Source: Fulvivirga sp.
GTDB lineage: Bacteria; Bacteroidota; Bacteroidia; Cytophagales; Cyclobacteriaceae
Length of the DNA stretch: 64,000 bases
Direction of reading: 5' to 3'
NCBI RefSeq assembly: GCF_040220315.1
Contig: NZ_JAVJUY010000051.1
Coordinates: 1,580 to 65,579, forward strand
In this document: piece by piece, positions 21,388 through 30,608 of the stretch
Layout: the number at the start of each line of letters is the position of its first letter
Numbering within the stretch: the stretch's first letter is position 1
The notes under the pieces: generated by a model
The model's database searches: none
What the model was told of the DNA's origin: nothing
What the model saw: the letters and a program-made list of their open reading frames with translations, nothing else
Program-made: the position numbers and the translations under genes

Positions 21388-22524
21388 ATGAAAAAGACCT
21401 TATTAGTAATCATACTGTCAATATTTGTGGAGTCAATGAAGGCGCAAGTAACAGCTACTTGTACACCTGTTGATATTACCTGCGGTTTCTCACAAGGCGG
21501 AACAAGAACAGGTCAGTTTTCAAACGAATGTTTAGGTGATTTCTCATTAAATGCCGATGTTTATGAAACTACTGGCTGTGTTTCAACAGTAATAGGTAAT
21601 AGTGATACATTCCAGATAGATGAAAATGTTAAGATAAATGGAGACTTAATTTTAAATTTAAATGCTCCAGGTAGCATTTTTGAAATCATTTCAGGAGTAA
21701 CATTTGAAATAACAGGCAATTTAGTAATAGTTGGTAACTCTAATCAAGAACGACAACTGAGCATAGAAGGAAATCTAATAGTCGGTGGAATCCTTGATTT
21801 TGGTGAACGAGGAGGTGGAACTGATCAAGATGTAGAAATAGATGGGAATGGTTCAATATCAGCAGGAAGTATTAATAATGGTGGAAATACAACTTGCGAT
21901 GCTAGTGGTACCTGTCCTTCATTTAATGTTGATGGAAGTTGTGAACCTGCAGGTTCTGGGCTCTGTACAGAAAGTGCTCTACCCATTGAATTGGCTTACT
22001 TTTATGCACAACCGTCAGTTCAAATTATTGAACTAAATTGGTCAACCTACACAGAAATTAACAATGATTATTTCAGTATTGAAAAATCAATTGATGGTAT
22101 TAATTATTCACTACTAACAACTGTTAATGGTGCCGGCAACAGCATAGATCAATTAGAATATTCTTACACTGACAAAAAACCATCATTCGGTCGTTCTTAC
22201 TATCGCTTGAAACAAACAGATTTTGATGGTACTTCAGAAACGTTTTCACCTGTTGCAGTTGATTTCACTTCTTTGGAAGAGGGTAAATTAGTTTTTACAA
22301 ATCCGGCAAAACCAGGTGGAATAGTAACCATTTTAACCACTGCTGAAGATTCTGAAGTACTTACACTGCTTTTGGTGAATATCTTGGGAGAAACTATAAT
22401 ATCTAAAACATTCGCAGGCTCACAATTCGACTTCACCTTAAATGATAATGTGAAACCAGGGCTCTATTTTGTAAAGGTTTTCTCTGCGACTACTGAAAGA
22501 TCAGGTCGTTTGATTGTTCAATAA
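21388..22524 (+). CDS. T9SS type-A CTD cargo protein with Cys-rich passenger
   Basis: Signal peptide; LPIELAYF linker, Ig-like domain (YYRLKQTDFDG); CTD with PGLYFVKV and terminal RLIVQ. Confidence 0.88.
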   Translation: MKKTLLVIILSIFVESMKAQVTATCTPVDITCGFSQGGTRTGQFSNECLGDFSLNADVYETTGCVSTVIGNSDTFQIDENVKINGDLILNLNAPGSIFEIISGVTFEITGNLVIVGNSNQERQLSIEGNLIVGGILDFGERGGGTDQDVEIDGNGSISAGSINNGGNTTCDASGTCPSFNVDGSCEPAGSGLCTESALPIELAYFYAQPSVQIIELNWSTYTEINNDYFSIEKSIDGINYSLLTTVNGAGNSIDQLEYSYTDKKPSFGRSYYRLKQTDFDGTSETFSPVAVDFTSLEEGKLVFTNPAKPGGIVTILTTAEDSEVLTLLLVNILGETIISKTFAGSQFDFTLNDNVKPGLYFVKVFSATTERSGRLIVQ

Positions 22525-23457
22525 TTCTTTTAAACCTGATAGAATTTCAGCCGTCATTTTATCTAAGTCAAATTGGTGAGACCAACCCCAATCACTTCTG
22601 GCGCTACTATCGTCAATTGAATTAGGCCATGAATCAGCAATTTTTTGTCTGAAATCCGGTGAGTAAGAAATTTCAAACTCAGGCATTTCTTTTTTAATGG
22701 ATTCAGCTATTTCTTTAGGGGAAAAACTAATGGCACTTATATTATAGCTGGATCTTACTTTAACATCGCTTTCCTCCGCCTGCATCAAATCAATAGTAGC
22801 CTTCACAGCATCATCCATATACATCATGGGTAAATAGGTATTTTCTGATAAGAAGCACTCATATTTACCTTCTTCCAATGCTTTGTAATAAATGTCTACA
22901 GCATAATCAGTAGTTCCACCACCCGGCTTTGCTTTATAGCCAATTAATCCAGGGTATCTTAAGCTTCTAACATCTACACCATATTTATTGTGATAGTACT
23001 CACACCATCTCTCACCAGCCAGTTTACTTATTCCATAGATGGTGTTTGGGTCCATCACTGTATGTTGCGGTGTTTTATCAACTGGCGTTGAGGGCCCAAA
23101 TACTGCTATTGAGCTAGGCCAATAAACTCGCTTAAGATTTTTTTCTTTGGCAAGATCTAAAACATGGATAAGGCTATCCATATTTAACTGCCACGCGAAT
23201 TTTGGGTCAGATTCACCTTTTGCAGATAGAATGGCCGCCAAATGATATACTTGTGTTATTTGATGCTTATCTGCTAATTCGAAAAGTTTTTCCCGATCCA
23301 TAGCATTGAGAATTTCTGATGGCCCATCAGCCAACTTACCAGATGGTTCTTTGATATCGGTAATAATTACATTGTCTCTACCATAAATATCGCGAAGCGC
23401 TAAACTTAATTCAGACCCAAGTTGCCCCAAGGCACCAATCACAAGTATTCTATCCAT
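22501..23457 (-). CDS. tdh: L-threonine 3-dehydrogenase (SDR/epimerase type)
   Basis: GALGQLG NAD-binding motif, HLAAILSA, YGISK, PGGGTTDYAV; divergent from kbl. Confidence 0.88.
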   Translation of the reverse strand: MDRILVIGALGQLGSELSLALRDIYGRDNVIITDIKEPSGKLADGPSEILNAMDREKLFELADKHQITQVYHLAAILSAKGESDPKFAWQLNMDSLIHVLDLAKEKNLKRVYWPSSIAVFGPSTPVDKTPQHTVMDPNTIYGISKLAGERWCEYYHNKYGVDVRSLRYPGLIGYKAKPGGGTTDYAVDIYYKALEEGKYECFLSENTYLPMMYMDDAVKATIDLMQAEESDVKVRSSYNISAISFSPKEIAESIKKEMPEFEISYSPDFRQKIADSWPNSIDDSSARSDWGWSHQFDLDKMTAEILSGLKELLNNQTT

Positions 23458-23537
23458 AGTTAATTATTGCTCGGTGCGAATTTAGACATTTCATTCAAAC
23501 GATTGAAATTCTGTTCGCGCTTTGAGCAAGCAAGTCA

Positions 23538-23545
23538 TATATTTG
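23538..23545 (+). promoter_or_regulatory. -7 promoter element for the hypothetical-kbl operon
   Basis: TATATTTG, 6 bp before ATG 23552 (near-leaderless transcript). Confidence 0.65.
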
Positions 23546-23551
23546 CTATTC

Positions 23552-23869
23552 ATGGATTTTATCGAATACCTAAAGTCAAAAAAAATTGACCCTGTCTTAT
23601 ACAAAGCAGGTGATGAAGTACAGTTCACCAAGTTTCAGGAGGAATTCGCCCAAATGCATCCGAATAGTTTTACTTCACAAAAGTTATTTTTGATCAATAA
23701 CTTAAGGAGAAAGTATTTGTTGGAAGTGTCAGGCGATCTGATTGAAAGTGATAATAAACCAAAGAATATAAAAAGACCAATGGTTAAGCCAAAGGCACCT
23801 GGGGCCGTAAAACCCGTTATTAAAAAACAGGCTAAACCTGTAATTAAAAGACCTAAAACTGAAGATTAG
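23552..23869 (+). CDS. Small conserved hypothetical protein with Lys/Pro-rich tail
   Basis: Start moved to ATG 23552, just after a perfect TATATTTG element; KKIDP...[20 protein letters not shown] core; 1-bp gap to kbl. Confidence 0.75.
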   Translation: MDFIEYLKSKKIDPVLYKAGDEVQFTKFQEEFAQMHPNSFTSQKLFLINNLRRKYLLEVSGDLIESDNKPKNIKRPMVKPKAPGAVKPVIKKQAKPVIKRPKTED

Positions 23870-23870
23870 A

Positions 23871-25064
23871 ATGTATACATTAAAAGAAAAACTAGTTAAA
23901 GAAATTGAAGGCATAAAGAAAGCCGGCCTCTATAAGTCGGAACGTATCATTGCTACCCCACAAGGCGCTGAGATTAAAACCACACAGGGCAAGGAGGTTA
24001 TTAATTTTTGTGCGAATAATTATTTAGGGTTGTCATCGCACCCTAAAGTGATAGAAGCAGCCAAAAAAGCCATTGATACGCATGGATACGGAATGTCTTC
24101 TGTACGATTTATTTGCGGCACGCAAGATATACATAAAGAATTGGAAAAGAAGATTTCTGAATTTCTTGGCACAGAAGATACCATACTTTATGCGGCAGCA
24201 TTCGATGCCAACGGGGGCGTATTTGAGCCGTTATTAGGCCCACAAGATGCTATTATTTCTGACGCATTGAACCATGCTTCTATTATTGATGGCGTGCGAT
24301 TGTGTAAGGCAATGCGCTATCGATACAATAATAATGACATGGATGATCTAGAGGCCAAATTGAAAGAAGCGAGGGAAGCCGGTGCAGAACAAATAATGAT
24401 AGTTACCGATGGTGTTTTTTCCATGGATGGAACCATTGCTCAATTAGACAAGATTTGTGATTTGGCGGAAAAATATAAGGCTATGGTTATGAGTGATGAA
24501 TGCCATTCTACCGGATTTATAGGTAAAACGGGCAGAGGCGTTCATGAACATTGTGGTGTAATGGGCAGAATGGATATTATCACAGGAACACTAGGAAAAG
24601 CTTTGGGTGGTGCTTCTGGTGGATTTACTTCAGGCAGAAAAGAGATAGTTGAATTGCTGCGACAAAGATCAAGACCGTATTTGTTCTCTAATACATTAGC
24701 ACCATCAATAACAGGCGCTTCTATTGCTGTCATTGACATGTTGAGCGAAACAACAGACTTGCGAGACAAGTTGGAGAGAAACACGAAGTACTTCAGGGAA
24801 AAAATGACTGCCGCTGGATTTGATATAAAGCCAGGAGTTCACCCGATCGTTCCAATCATGTTGTATGATGCGCCTCTTGCTCAAAAAATGGCAGATGCTT
24901 TGTTGGAGAAAGGAATTTATGTGATTGGCTTCTTCTATCCGGTAGTTCCAAAAGGGCAGGCCAGAATTAGGGTGCAGATTTCTGCTGCACATGAGCAGCA
25001 TCACTTAGATACAGCTATAACTGCATTTATAGAAGTAGGTAAGGAATTGGGTGTGATAAAATGA
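23871..25064 (+). CDS. kbl: Glycine C-acetyltransferase (2-amino-3-ketobutyrate CoA ligase)
   Basis: [34 protein letters not shown] (PLP Lys), [11 protein letters not shown]. Confidence 0.96.
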   Translation: MYTLKEKLVKEIEGIKKAGLYKSERIIATPQGAEIKTTQGKEVINFCANNYLGLSSHPKVIEAAKKAIDTHGYGMSSVRFICGTQDIHKELEKKISEFLGTEDTILYAAAFDANGGVFEPLLGPQDAIISDALNHASIIDGVRLCKAMRYRYNNNDMDDLEAKLKEAREAGAEQIMIVTDGVFSMDGTIAQLDKICDLAEKYKAMVMSDECHSTGFIGKTGRGVHEHCGVMGRMDIITGTLGKALGGASGGFTSGRKEIVELLRQRSRPYLFSNTLAPSITGASIAVIDMLSETTDLRDKLERNTKYFREKMTAAGFDIKPGVHPIVPIMLYDAPLAQKMADALLEKGIYVIGFFYPVVPKGQARIRVQISAAHEQHHLDTAITAFIEVGKELGVIK

Positions 25065-25065
25065 T

Positions 25066-25956
25066 TTAAGCCTTCGCTTCACTACGAATGGGGTTGTTGA
25101 CAGTTTTACTCTTACTTTCAGCAACCTCATTTTTTGTTTCTTCTTTTTCCTCGGGCCTGGCTGTAAGGTATTCCTGAATATGTTTTCGCAACTCCTGAGG
25201 AGAAAGGTTACTATGTAACTTACCATTTCTCGTAAGCGATAGTTGACCTGTTTCTTCAGAAACCACTAAAATGGCCGTATCTGTTACTTCCGACATACCC
25301 ATAGCTGCTCTGTGCCGTAAGCCAAATTGAGCAGGAAGGCTATCAGATTCTGATACCGGAAGCACACATCTGGCAGCTTTTATTTTGCCTTTGTGGATAA
25401 TGGCAGCACCGTCATGCAGTGGGCTGTACTTGTTGAATATAGAAAGTAACAATCTTTTTGATAAATGTGCATCAATGACATCACCCGATTCTGCATAAAA
25501 TTTTAGCTCAGAATCTCGTGAGAATACAATCAATGCTCCAGTGTTGGTTCCTCCTAAGGTTTTTGCTGCTTCAATGACAGGAGTAATATTAAACAGCTCA
25601 TCATGCTCTCGGCCTTTTCCCAAAAAAACGTTTTTAAAGAATGATGTGCTTTTATTGAAATCTGTTGTTTTGCCAATGAGAAGTAAAAACTTACGTATTT
25701 CTGGTTGAAAAAGGATTATAGCAGCCAGTACTCCGACTCCCATAAACTGGCCTAAAATCAAGCCTAGAAGTTCCATCTGTGCAGCACGTACAATAAGGTA
25801 TATGAGGTATAGCGCCAATACGCCTAAAAAGATGGTAACAGCCACACTACCCCGCATGAGTTTGTAGACCTGATACAACAACACACTCACTAATAGTATG
25901 TCGATAACATCTACCCAACTAACTTCAAGAAACCCTATGCTGAATGATAAAATCAA
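25066..25956 (-). CDS. dacA: Membrane-bound diadenylate cyclase (CdaA/DacA type)
   Basis: Three N-terminal TM segments; DAC motifs LHDGA and GLRHRAA, SEETG. Confidence 0.92.
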   Translation of the reverse strand: MILSFSIGFLEVSWVDVIDILLVSVLLYQVYKLMRGSVAVTIFLGVLALYLIYLIVRAAQMELLGLILGQFMGVGVLAAIILFQPEIRKFLLLIGKTTDFNKSTSFFKNVFLGKGREHDELFNITPVIEAAKTLGGTNTGALIVFSRDSELKFYAESGDVIDAHLSKRLLLSIFNKYSPLHDGAAIIHKGKIKAARCVLPVSESDSLPAQFGLRHRAAMGMSEVTDTAILVVSEETGQLSLTRNGKLHSNLSPQELRKHIQEYLTARPEEKEETKNEVAESKSKTVNNPIRSEAKA

Positions 25957-25971
25957 TTTTATATTTTTAGT

Positions 25972-26829
25972 CTATTTAATATACGTTAAATTAAACAATT
26001 TGACAGTTTCTGCTGCTTCTTTTGCATCATGCACACGCAAAATAGATGCCCCATTTCGCAAAGCTATCATATTTAAAGCAGTAGTTCCATTCAAAGCATT
26101 GTCTGCTGTAGTCCCTAACGACTTGTAAATCATGGACTTCCTAGATATACCAACGAGAACAGGCAGCTCTAAAGTTTTAAATTCGTTGAGTTTTTTTAGA
26201 AGCTCAAAATTTTGATCAACAGTTTTAGCAAAGCCAAATCCCAGATCAATGATAATATCTTTAATACCTCTGCTCCTTAATTCGGTAACTTTTTTCTGGA
26301 AATAGTCAATAATTTCTAAAATCAGGTTATCGTAATGGGTATGCTGGGTCATGGTTTGTGGCGTACCTCGCATGTGCATTAAAACATAAGGTACATTAAT
26401 ATGCGCAAGAAGATCAAACATTCCGGAATCCATTTCGCCTCCTGATACGTCATTAATAATATCAGCCCCAGCGTCAAAAGCAGCTTTTGCCACTTCTGGC
26501 CTAAATGTATCAATAGAAATATAGACATTTGGCAACTCCTTTCTGATGCTTTCAATGGCAGGCACAACCCTGTTAATTTCATCGTGTAGTGGTATTTCTG
26601 CAGCGCCCGGCCTGGTAGAATAACCCCCGACATCTAAAATAGAAGCACCATCATGGACCATTGTTGTTGCTTTGGCAATGATATTTTTTTCAATTCCTAC
26701 TCTGCTTCCCGCATAGAATGAGTCAGGTGTCACATTGAGTATTCCCATTACAATCGGAGAATCTAATGTAATCGCATTTCCGCGGATGTTGAGTGTCTTT
26801 TTACTTGAAAAAAATGTATCTTGCGCCAC
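25972..26829 (-). CDS. folP: Dihydropteroate synthase
   Basis: VMGILNVTPDSFY, DVGGYSTRPGA, SIDTF, GISRKS, ILRVHD; start probably GTG 26829 (track gives 26850). Confidence 0.96.
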   Translation of the reverse strand: MAQDTFFSSKKTLNIRGNAITLDSPIVMGILNVTPDSFYAGSRVGIEKNIIAKATTMVHDGASILDVGGYSTRPGAAEIPLHDEINRVVPAIESIRKELPNVYISIDTFRPEVAKAAFDAGADIINDVSGGEMDSGMFDLLAHINVPYVLMHMRGTPQTMTQHTHYDNLILEIIDYFQKKVTELRSRGIKDIIIDLGFGFAKTVDQNFELLKKLNEFKTLELPVLVGISRKSMIYKSLGTTADNALNGTTALNMIALRNGASILRVHDAKEAAETVKLFNLTYIK

Positions 26830-26865
26830 CTTAAAAATGGGTTTTAACAACTAAAATTTATTGTT

Positions 26866-27408
26866 TTGATAGACCAAACTGTCAGCGAATATACGCAGGT
26901 AATTAAGGAGTGTAAAGCGCTTTTTGAAAAGAAAACAAAAGATTATGGTACAGCCTGGAGAATTCTCAGGTTAAGCTCTATTACCGATCAAATTTTCATA
27001 AAAGCACAAAGAATTAGGTCTATTCAGGAAAAGGGAATTCAAAAAATTGAAGAAGATAGTACCAACGAATTTGTAGGCATAATCAACTACTGCATTATTG
27101 CGATTTTGCAGTTACGATTAGAAGGTGACAAAAGAACTGAAATTCCGTATAAGGATTTGGAACCCTTATATGACCAGGTTGTTAATGATACATTGGACTT
27201 GTTAAAAAATAAAAACCATGATTATGGCGAAGCCTGGCGAGATATGCGGGTGAGTTCAATTACCGATATTATATTAATGAAATTATACCGAGTAAAGCAA
27301 ATTGAGGATAATGCAGGCAAAACCTTAGTTTCTGAAGGGGTGGAAGCCAACTATCAAGATATGCTTAATTACTCTGTATTTGCGTTAATCAAATCAAACT
27401 TTATTTAA
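26866..27408 (+). CDS. DUF1599-family protein with two tandem domains
   Basis: Repeated K-x-x-DYG-x-AWR...SSITD-x-I-x-x-K motif in both halves. Confidence 0.85.
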   Translation: MIDQTVSEYTQVIKECKALFEKKTKDYGTAWRILRLSSITDQIFIKAQRIRSIQEKGIQKIEEDSTNEFVGIINYCIIAILQLRLEGDKRTEIPYKDLEPLYDQVVNDTLDLLKNKNHDYGEAWRDMRVSSITDIILMKLYRVKQIEDNAGKTLVSEGVEANYQDMLNYSVFALIKSNFI

Positions 27409-27409
27409 T

Positions 27410-28513
27410 ATGTTCAAAAAGGCGATTGATCTATTTTCAAGAATTTTTGTAGGCGGACTGTTCATATTTTCTGGGTTGATCAAGTTGAATGACCCTGTGG
27501 GTACCAAAATTAAGCTTCAGGAATACTTCGAAGTTTTCTCTTCCGATTTCGGATCTTTCTTTGAAATATTTATTCCATTTGCACTTCCTATAGGAATGAT
27601 CTTAATCATTTTAGAAGTTGTTTTAGGGGTTGCTGTTCTAATTAATTATAAAATGAAATGGTCGATGAGTGTGATGATGGCGCTCATGGTCTTCTTTACA
27701 TTTCTTACCTTTTATTCTGCCTACTTTAATAAAGTGACGGACTGTGGTTGTTTTGGCGATGCCATACCACTTACTCCATGGCAATCATTTTATAAAGATT
27801 TGATATTAATCGTGTTTGTTGCACATCTGTTCTGGTACCGAAATGGTTATGAATCAGTTCTTCGTACAAGGCCAGCGAATGCTATAATTATAGCAACAAC
27901 CGTTGTAAGTTTCATTCTTGGAATTACCGCCATTCGTCACTTACCTTTTATTGATTTCAGGCCTTATAAAATTGGAAATAGTATTCCTGAAAAGATGATT
28001 GCAGAGGAAGCTCCAATTTTGGAATACACTTTTAAGAAAGATGGTGAAACCGTAAAATCAACTAAATATCTGCTGCCAAAAGATGGGTATGAGTATGTAA
28101 GTGCCGAATTGCTAAATGAAAAGGCTTCTACACCCAAAATAACCGATTACCAAGTGGTTGGTACAGATGGAAATGACTACACAGAAGAAACTTTTTCTGG
28201 CGCCAAACTATTACTGGTTTTCTATGATGCATCGTTTAATGATCAGGATAAAATGAATGCCATTAATAAGTTGGTTGAAGGGTTAGACGGTATTGACCCG
28301 ATGGTTCTTACTTCTTCATCAGAAGCAGACTTTGAGGTTTTCAGACATGAATATCAATTAGCGGTTCCTTATTACTTTACGGATGCCACTGTGCTAAAAG
28401 CGATGATTCGATCGAATCCAGGTATCATGCTGCTGCAAGATGGGGTAGTGTTGGGGAAATGGCATCATAATGATGTTCCATCGGCTGAAATGGCAAATGA
28501 ACTTACCAGATAA
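27410..28513 (+). CDS. DoxX/MauE-like membrane domain fused to thioredoxin-like domain (BT_3928-like family)
   Basis: GGLFIFSGLIKLNDP, four to five TM segments with DCGCFGD, soluble C-terminal domain ending IRSNPG...GKW. Confidence 0.8.
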   Translation: MFKKAIDLFSRIFVGGLFIFSGLIKLNDPVGTKIKLQEYFEVFSSDFGSFFEIFIPFALPIGMILIILEVVLGVAVLINYKMKWSMSVMMALMVFFTFLTFYSAYFNKVTDCGCFGDAIPLTPWQSFYKDLILIVFVAHLFWYRNGYESVLRTRPANAIIIATTVVSFILGITAIRHLPFIDFRPYKIGNSIPEKMIAEEAPILEYTFKKDGETVKSTKYLLPKDGYEYVSAELLNEKASTPKITDYQVVGTDGNDYTEETFSGAKLLLVFYDASFNDQDKMNAINKLVEGLDGIDPMVLTSSSEADFEVFRHEYQLAVPYYFTDATVLKAMIRSNPGIMLLQDGVVLGKWHHNDVPSAEMANELTR

Positions 28514-29021
28514 AATTATACTTATTGGTATGCCCGGGTCGGGCAAGACAACCTTGGGAAAAGAGGTTGCTGATTACTTGAATTTACCTTTTTATGATTT
28601 AGACCAAGTGATTGAACTGGCTTCAGGAATGACTATTCTTCAGATTTTTGAAACGGAAGGTGAAGAGTCTTTTAGAAATTTGGAGGCTGAAACATTGAAG
28701 AAATTCTGTCAGACTCAAGATAAATATGTGCTGGCAGCAGGGGGCGGAACTCCATGTTTTTTTAATAACATGGAAATAATGAACCAGGCTGCAATCACAG
28801 TTTTTCTAGATATTTCGATTGCAGCTCTTGCTAAAAGAATGAATCAGTCTGCGATTGAAAAAAGGCCTTTATTTCAAAAAGAGGATATTAACACAACACT
28901 TGAATCGCTTTTATCTCAAAGAAGAGCCAATTACGAGCAAGCCCGTTTTCATTTGGTTTCAGATGAATTATTTGCAGAAGATATTAGAGATGTTCTAAAA
29001 AAAGAACCCAACCGTAAATGA
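28497..29021 (+). CDS. aroK: Shikimate kinase
   Basis: LIGMPGSGKTT Walker A, DLD, GEESFR, GGGTPC, RPL; start moved to ATG 28497. Confidence 0.92.
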   Translation: MNLPDKIILIGMPGSGKTTLGKEVADYLNLPFYDLDQVIELASGMTILQIFETEGEESFRNLEAETLKKFCQTQDKYVLAAGGGTPCFFNNMEIMNQAAITVFLDISIAALAKRMNQSAIEKRPLFQKEDINTTLESLLSQRRANYEQARFHLVSDELFAEDIRDVLKKEPNRK

Positions 29022-30575
29022 TACTGCGGTATTCTTATTTTCTACTGTAGCCACTTGTCCAGGATATGGTGAAACGGTTGAATTTCTTCCATTTGAAGTT
29101 GAAACGGCCATGTCAACAAAATAGTCTTCCGTTCTTATTCCACCTCCAAACGTTATCCGATTCTCACTTTCGTCAATGTCGTTCTTTACAGGGTCGTCCA
29201 TTCTGGCAAAGCCCGCTCTAAGCCTGAACATTTCATATCTAAATTCAGCACCTAATCGATAGTTGATTACCGATTCCAGCTGATTGATGTCTGAATTGGC
29301 TTGGGAAAATGAAACGCCTGATTCTGAATTAGAAAGGTTAGCTCCTGCATAATTTATTCTTTCTATATCCCCGGTAATAAAACCTGATTTTCCTAAAAAG
29401 TAGGTAGCACCAGCCCTAAGTTTAGATGGAGTAGTTATTGTGAAATTGAATGCCTCGTAATCGAAACCGAAAGACTCAGTTTGTTCCCTGAAATTGGTTG
29501 CAAATAAATAGTTTGCAGTGAGTGTTACACTTCTGATTTGTTCAATAGATATAATACTGGGCGTTGTATAAGAGGCACCTAAAAGTACTTGTGGCATTGG
29601 TCTTCCAATCACTCCAAATGTGGCATTGACACCAGTACCATTTTGCTCATAATTATCTTCTAATACAAGGCTACTTAATTCTGCATTCGTTGGAATTTCA
29701 ATATATTCTCTATTCACTTCCCTTGTCATTGTAATTAGTCCTATACCACCTCCGAAATATATTCTATCGTCAAAGTTAGCGCCATAACTGAATGATGTTT
29801 GGTACATTGCTCCAGTAGATCTAATATTCTCCGTCTGAAATGTTGGGAAGTCAGGCTCAGTATAGGCAGGAATGAAAATGTCATTCCCGTTATTATCTTG
29901 AGGGAAGCTTCCATCATCTTCTACTGCGTAATAATCCCTATCAACAAAGTTATTGCCATCGATACTGAAAGGACTTATAAGAAATGTTTCAAATGCCAGC
30001 TCTGCAAAATCATTGTCAAAGCTTATATCGGACCCGTTGCTTGTAAATGCATTTAATGCGGCATATTCAACAATATCAGCAGGTCTGTTTGGGTCAAAAA
30101 TAATCTCACCATTGCTATCTAATTGGTTAAAACTATTGCCCTCGTAAGTGATCTGATTTTGAAAATCTGCAATTCTATTAATGCTAATTCCAAATGATCC
30201 GCCTTTAAATGAACCTGATCCAGAGCCATATTTAATCACAGCACCTAAATTGCTAAAGTTAAAATTCAGGCGAGCATCAGAAGTGCTTGAGCCAAGGTAT
30301 TCGCTGGTTGTATTTAAGTAATTAAAGGCAGGGGTAAATGAAAACTCAGACTTATTGAAAAACCCCAAACCTGCCGGATTAGAAGACGCTGAACTGATAT
30401 CACCTCCCAGGGAAGTTTGAGCTTCACCAATTCCTAACATCCTTGCACTACCACCTGGTGTTGTCCGGCTCAAATCAAGTGCTGTTCCAACAAAATTACC
30501 TGCATCTTGAGCTTGCACGTTGTTTAGACAAAACATTCCCATGCTTATACCAATAAGCGCAATTACTTTTTTCAT
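28995..30575 (-). CDS. FadL/OmpP1-family outer-membrane beta-barrel
   Basis: Signal peptide, GGSARMLGIG...GGDISSASSNPAGLGFF N-terminal hatch, amphipathic strands, terminal Phe. Confidence 0.85.
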   Translation of the reverse strand: MKKVIALIGISMGMFCLNNVQAQDAGNFVGTALDLSRTTPGGSARMLGIGEAQTSLGGDISSASSNPAGLGFFNKSEFSFTPAFNYLNTTSEYLGSSTSDARLNFNFSNLGAVIKYGSGSGSFKGGSFGISINRIADFQNQITYEGNSFNQLDSNGEIIFDPNRPADIVEYAALNAFTSNGSDISFDNDFAELAFETFLISPFSIDGNNFVDRDYYAVEDDGSFPQDNNGNDIFIPAYTEPDFPTFQTENIRSTGAMYQTSFSYGANFDDRIYFGGGIGLITMTREVNREYIEIPTNAELSSLVLEDNYEQNGTGVNATFGVIGRPMPQVLLGASYTTPSIISIEQIRSVTLTANYLFATNFREQTESFGFDYEAFNFTITTPSKLRAGATYFLGKSGFITGDIERINYAGANLSNSESGVSFSQANSDINQLESVINYRLGAEFRYEMFRLRAGFARMDDPVKNDIDESENRITFGGGIRTEDYFVDMAVSTSNGRNSTVSPYPGQVATVENKNTAVSFTVGFFF

Positions 30576-30608
30576 GACCTAGCGTTTTCTTTGCTTAATA
30601 ATTTCAGA

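Noticed and set aside
25066-25956. c-di-AMP synthase in a Gram-negative bacterium as a novelty
   Set aside because: folP-linked DacA is established in Bacteroidota.
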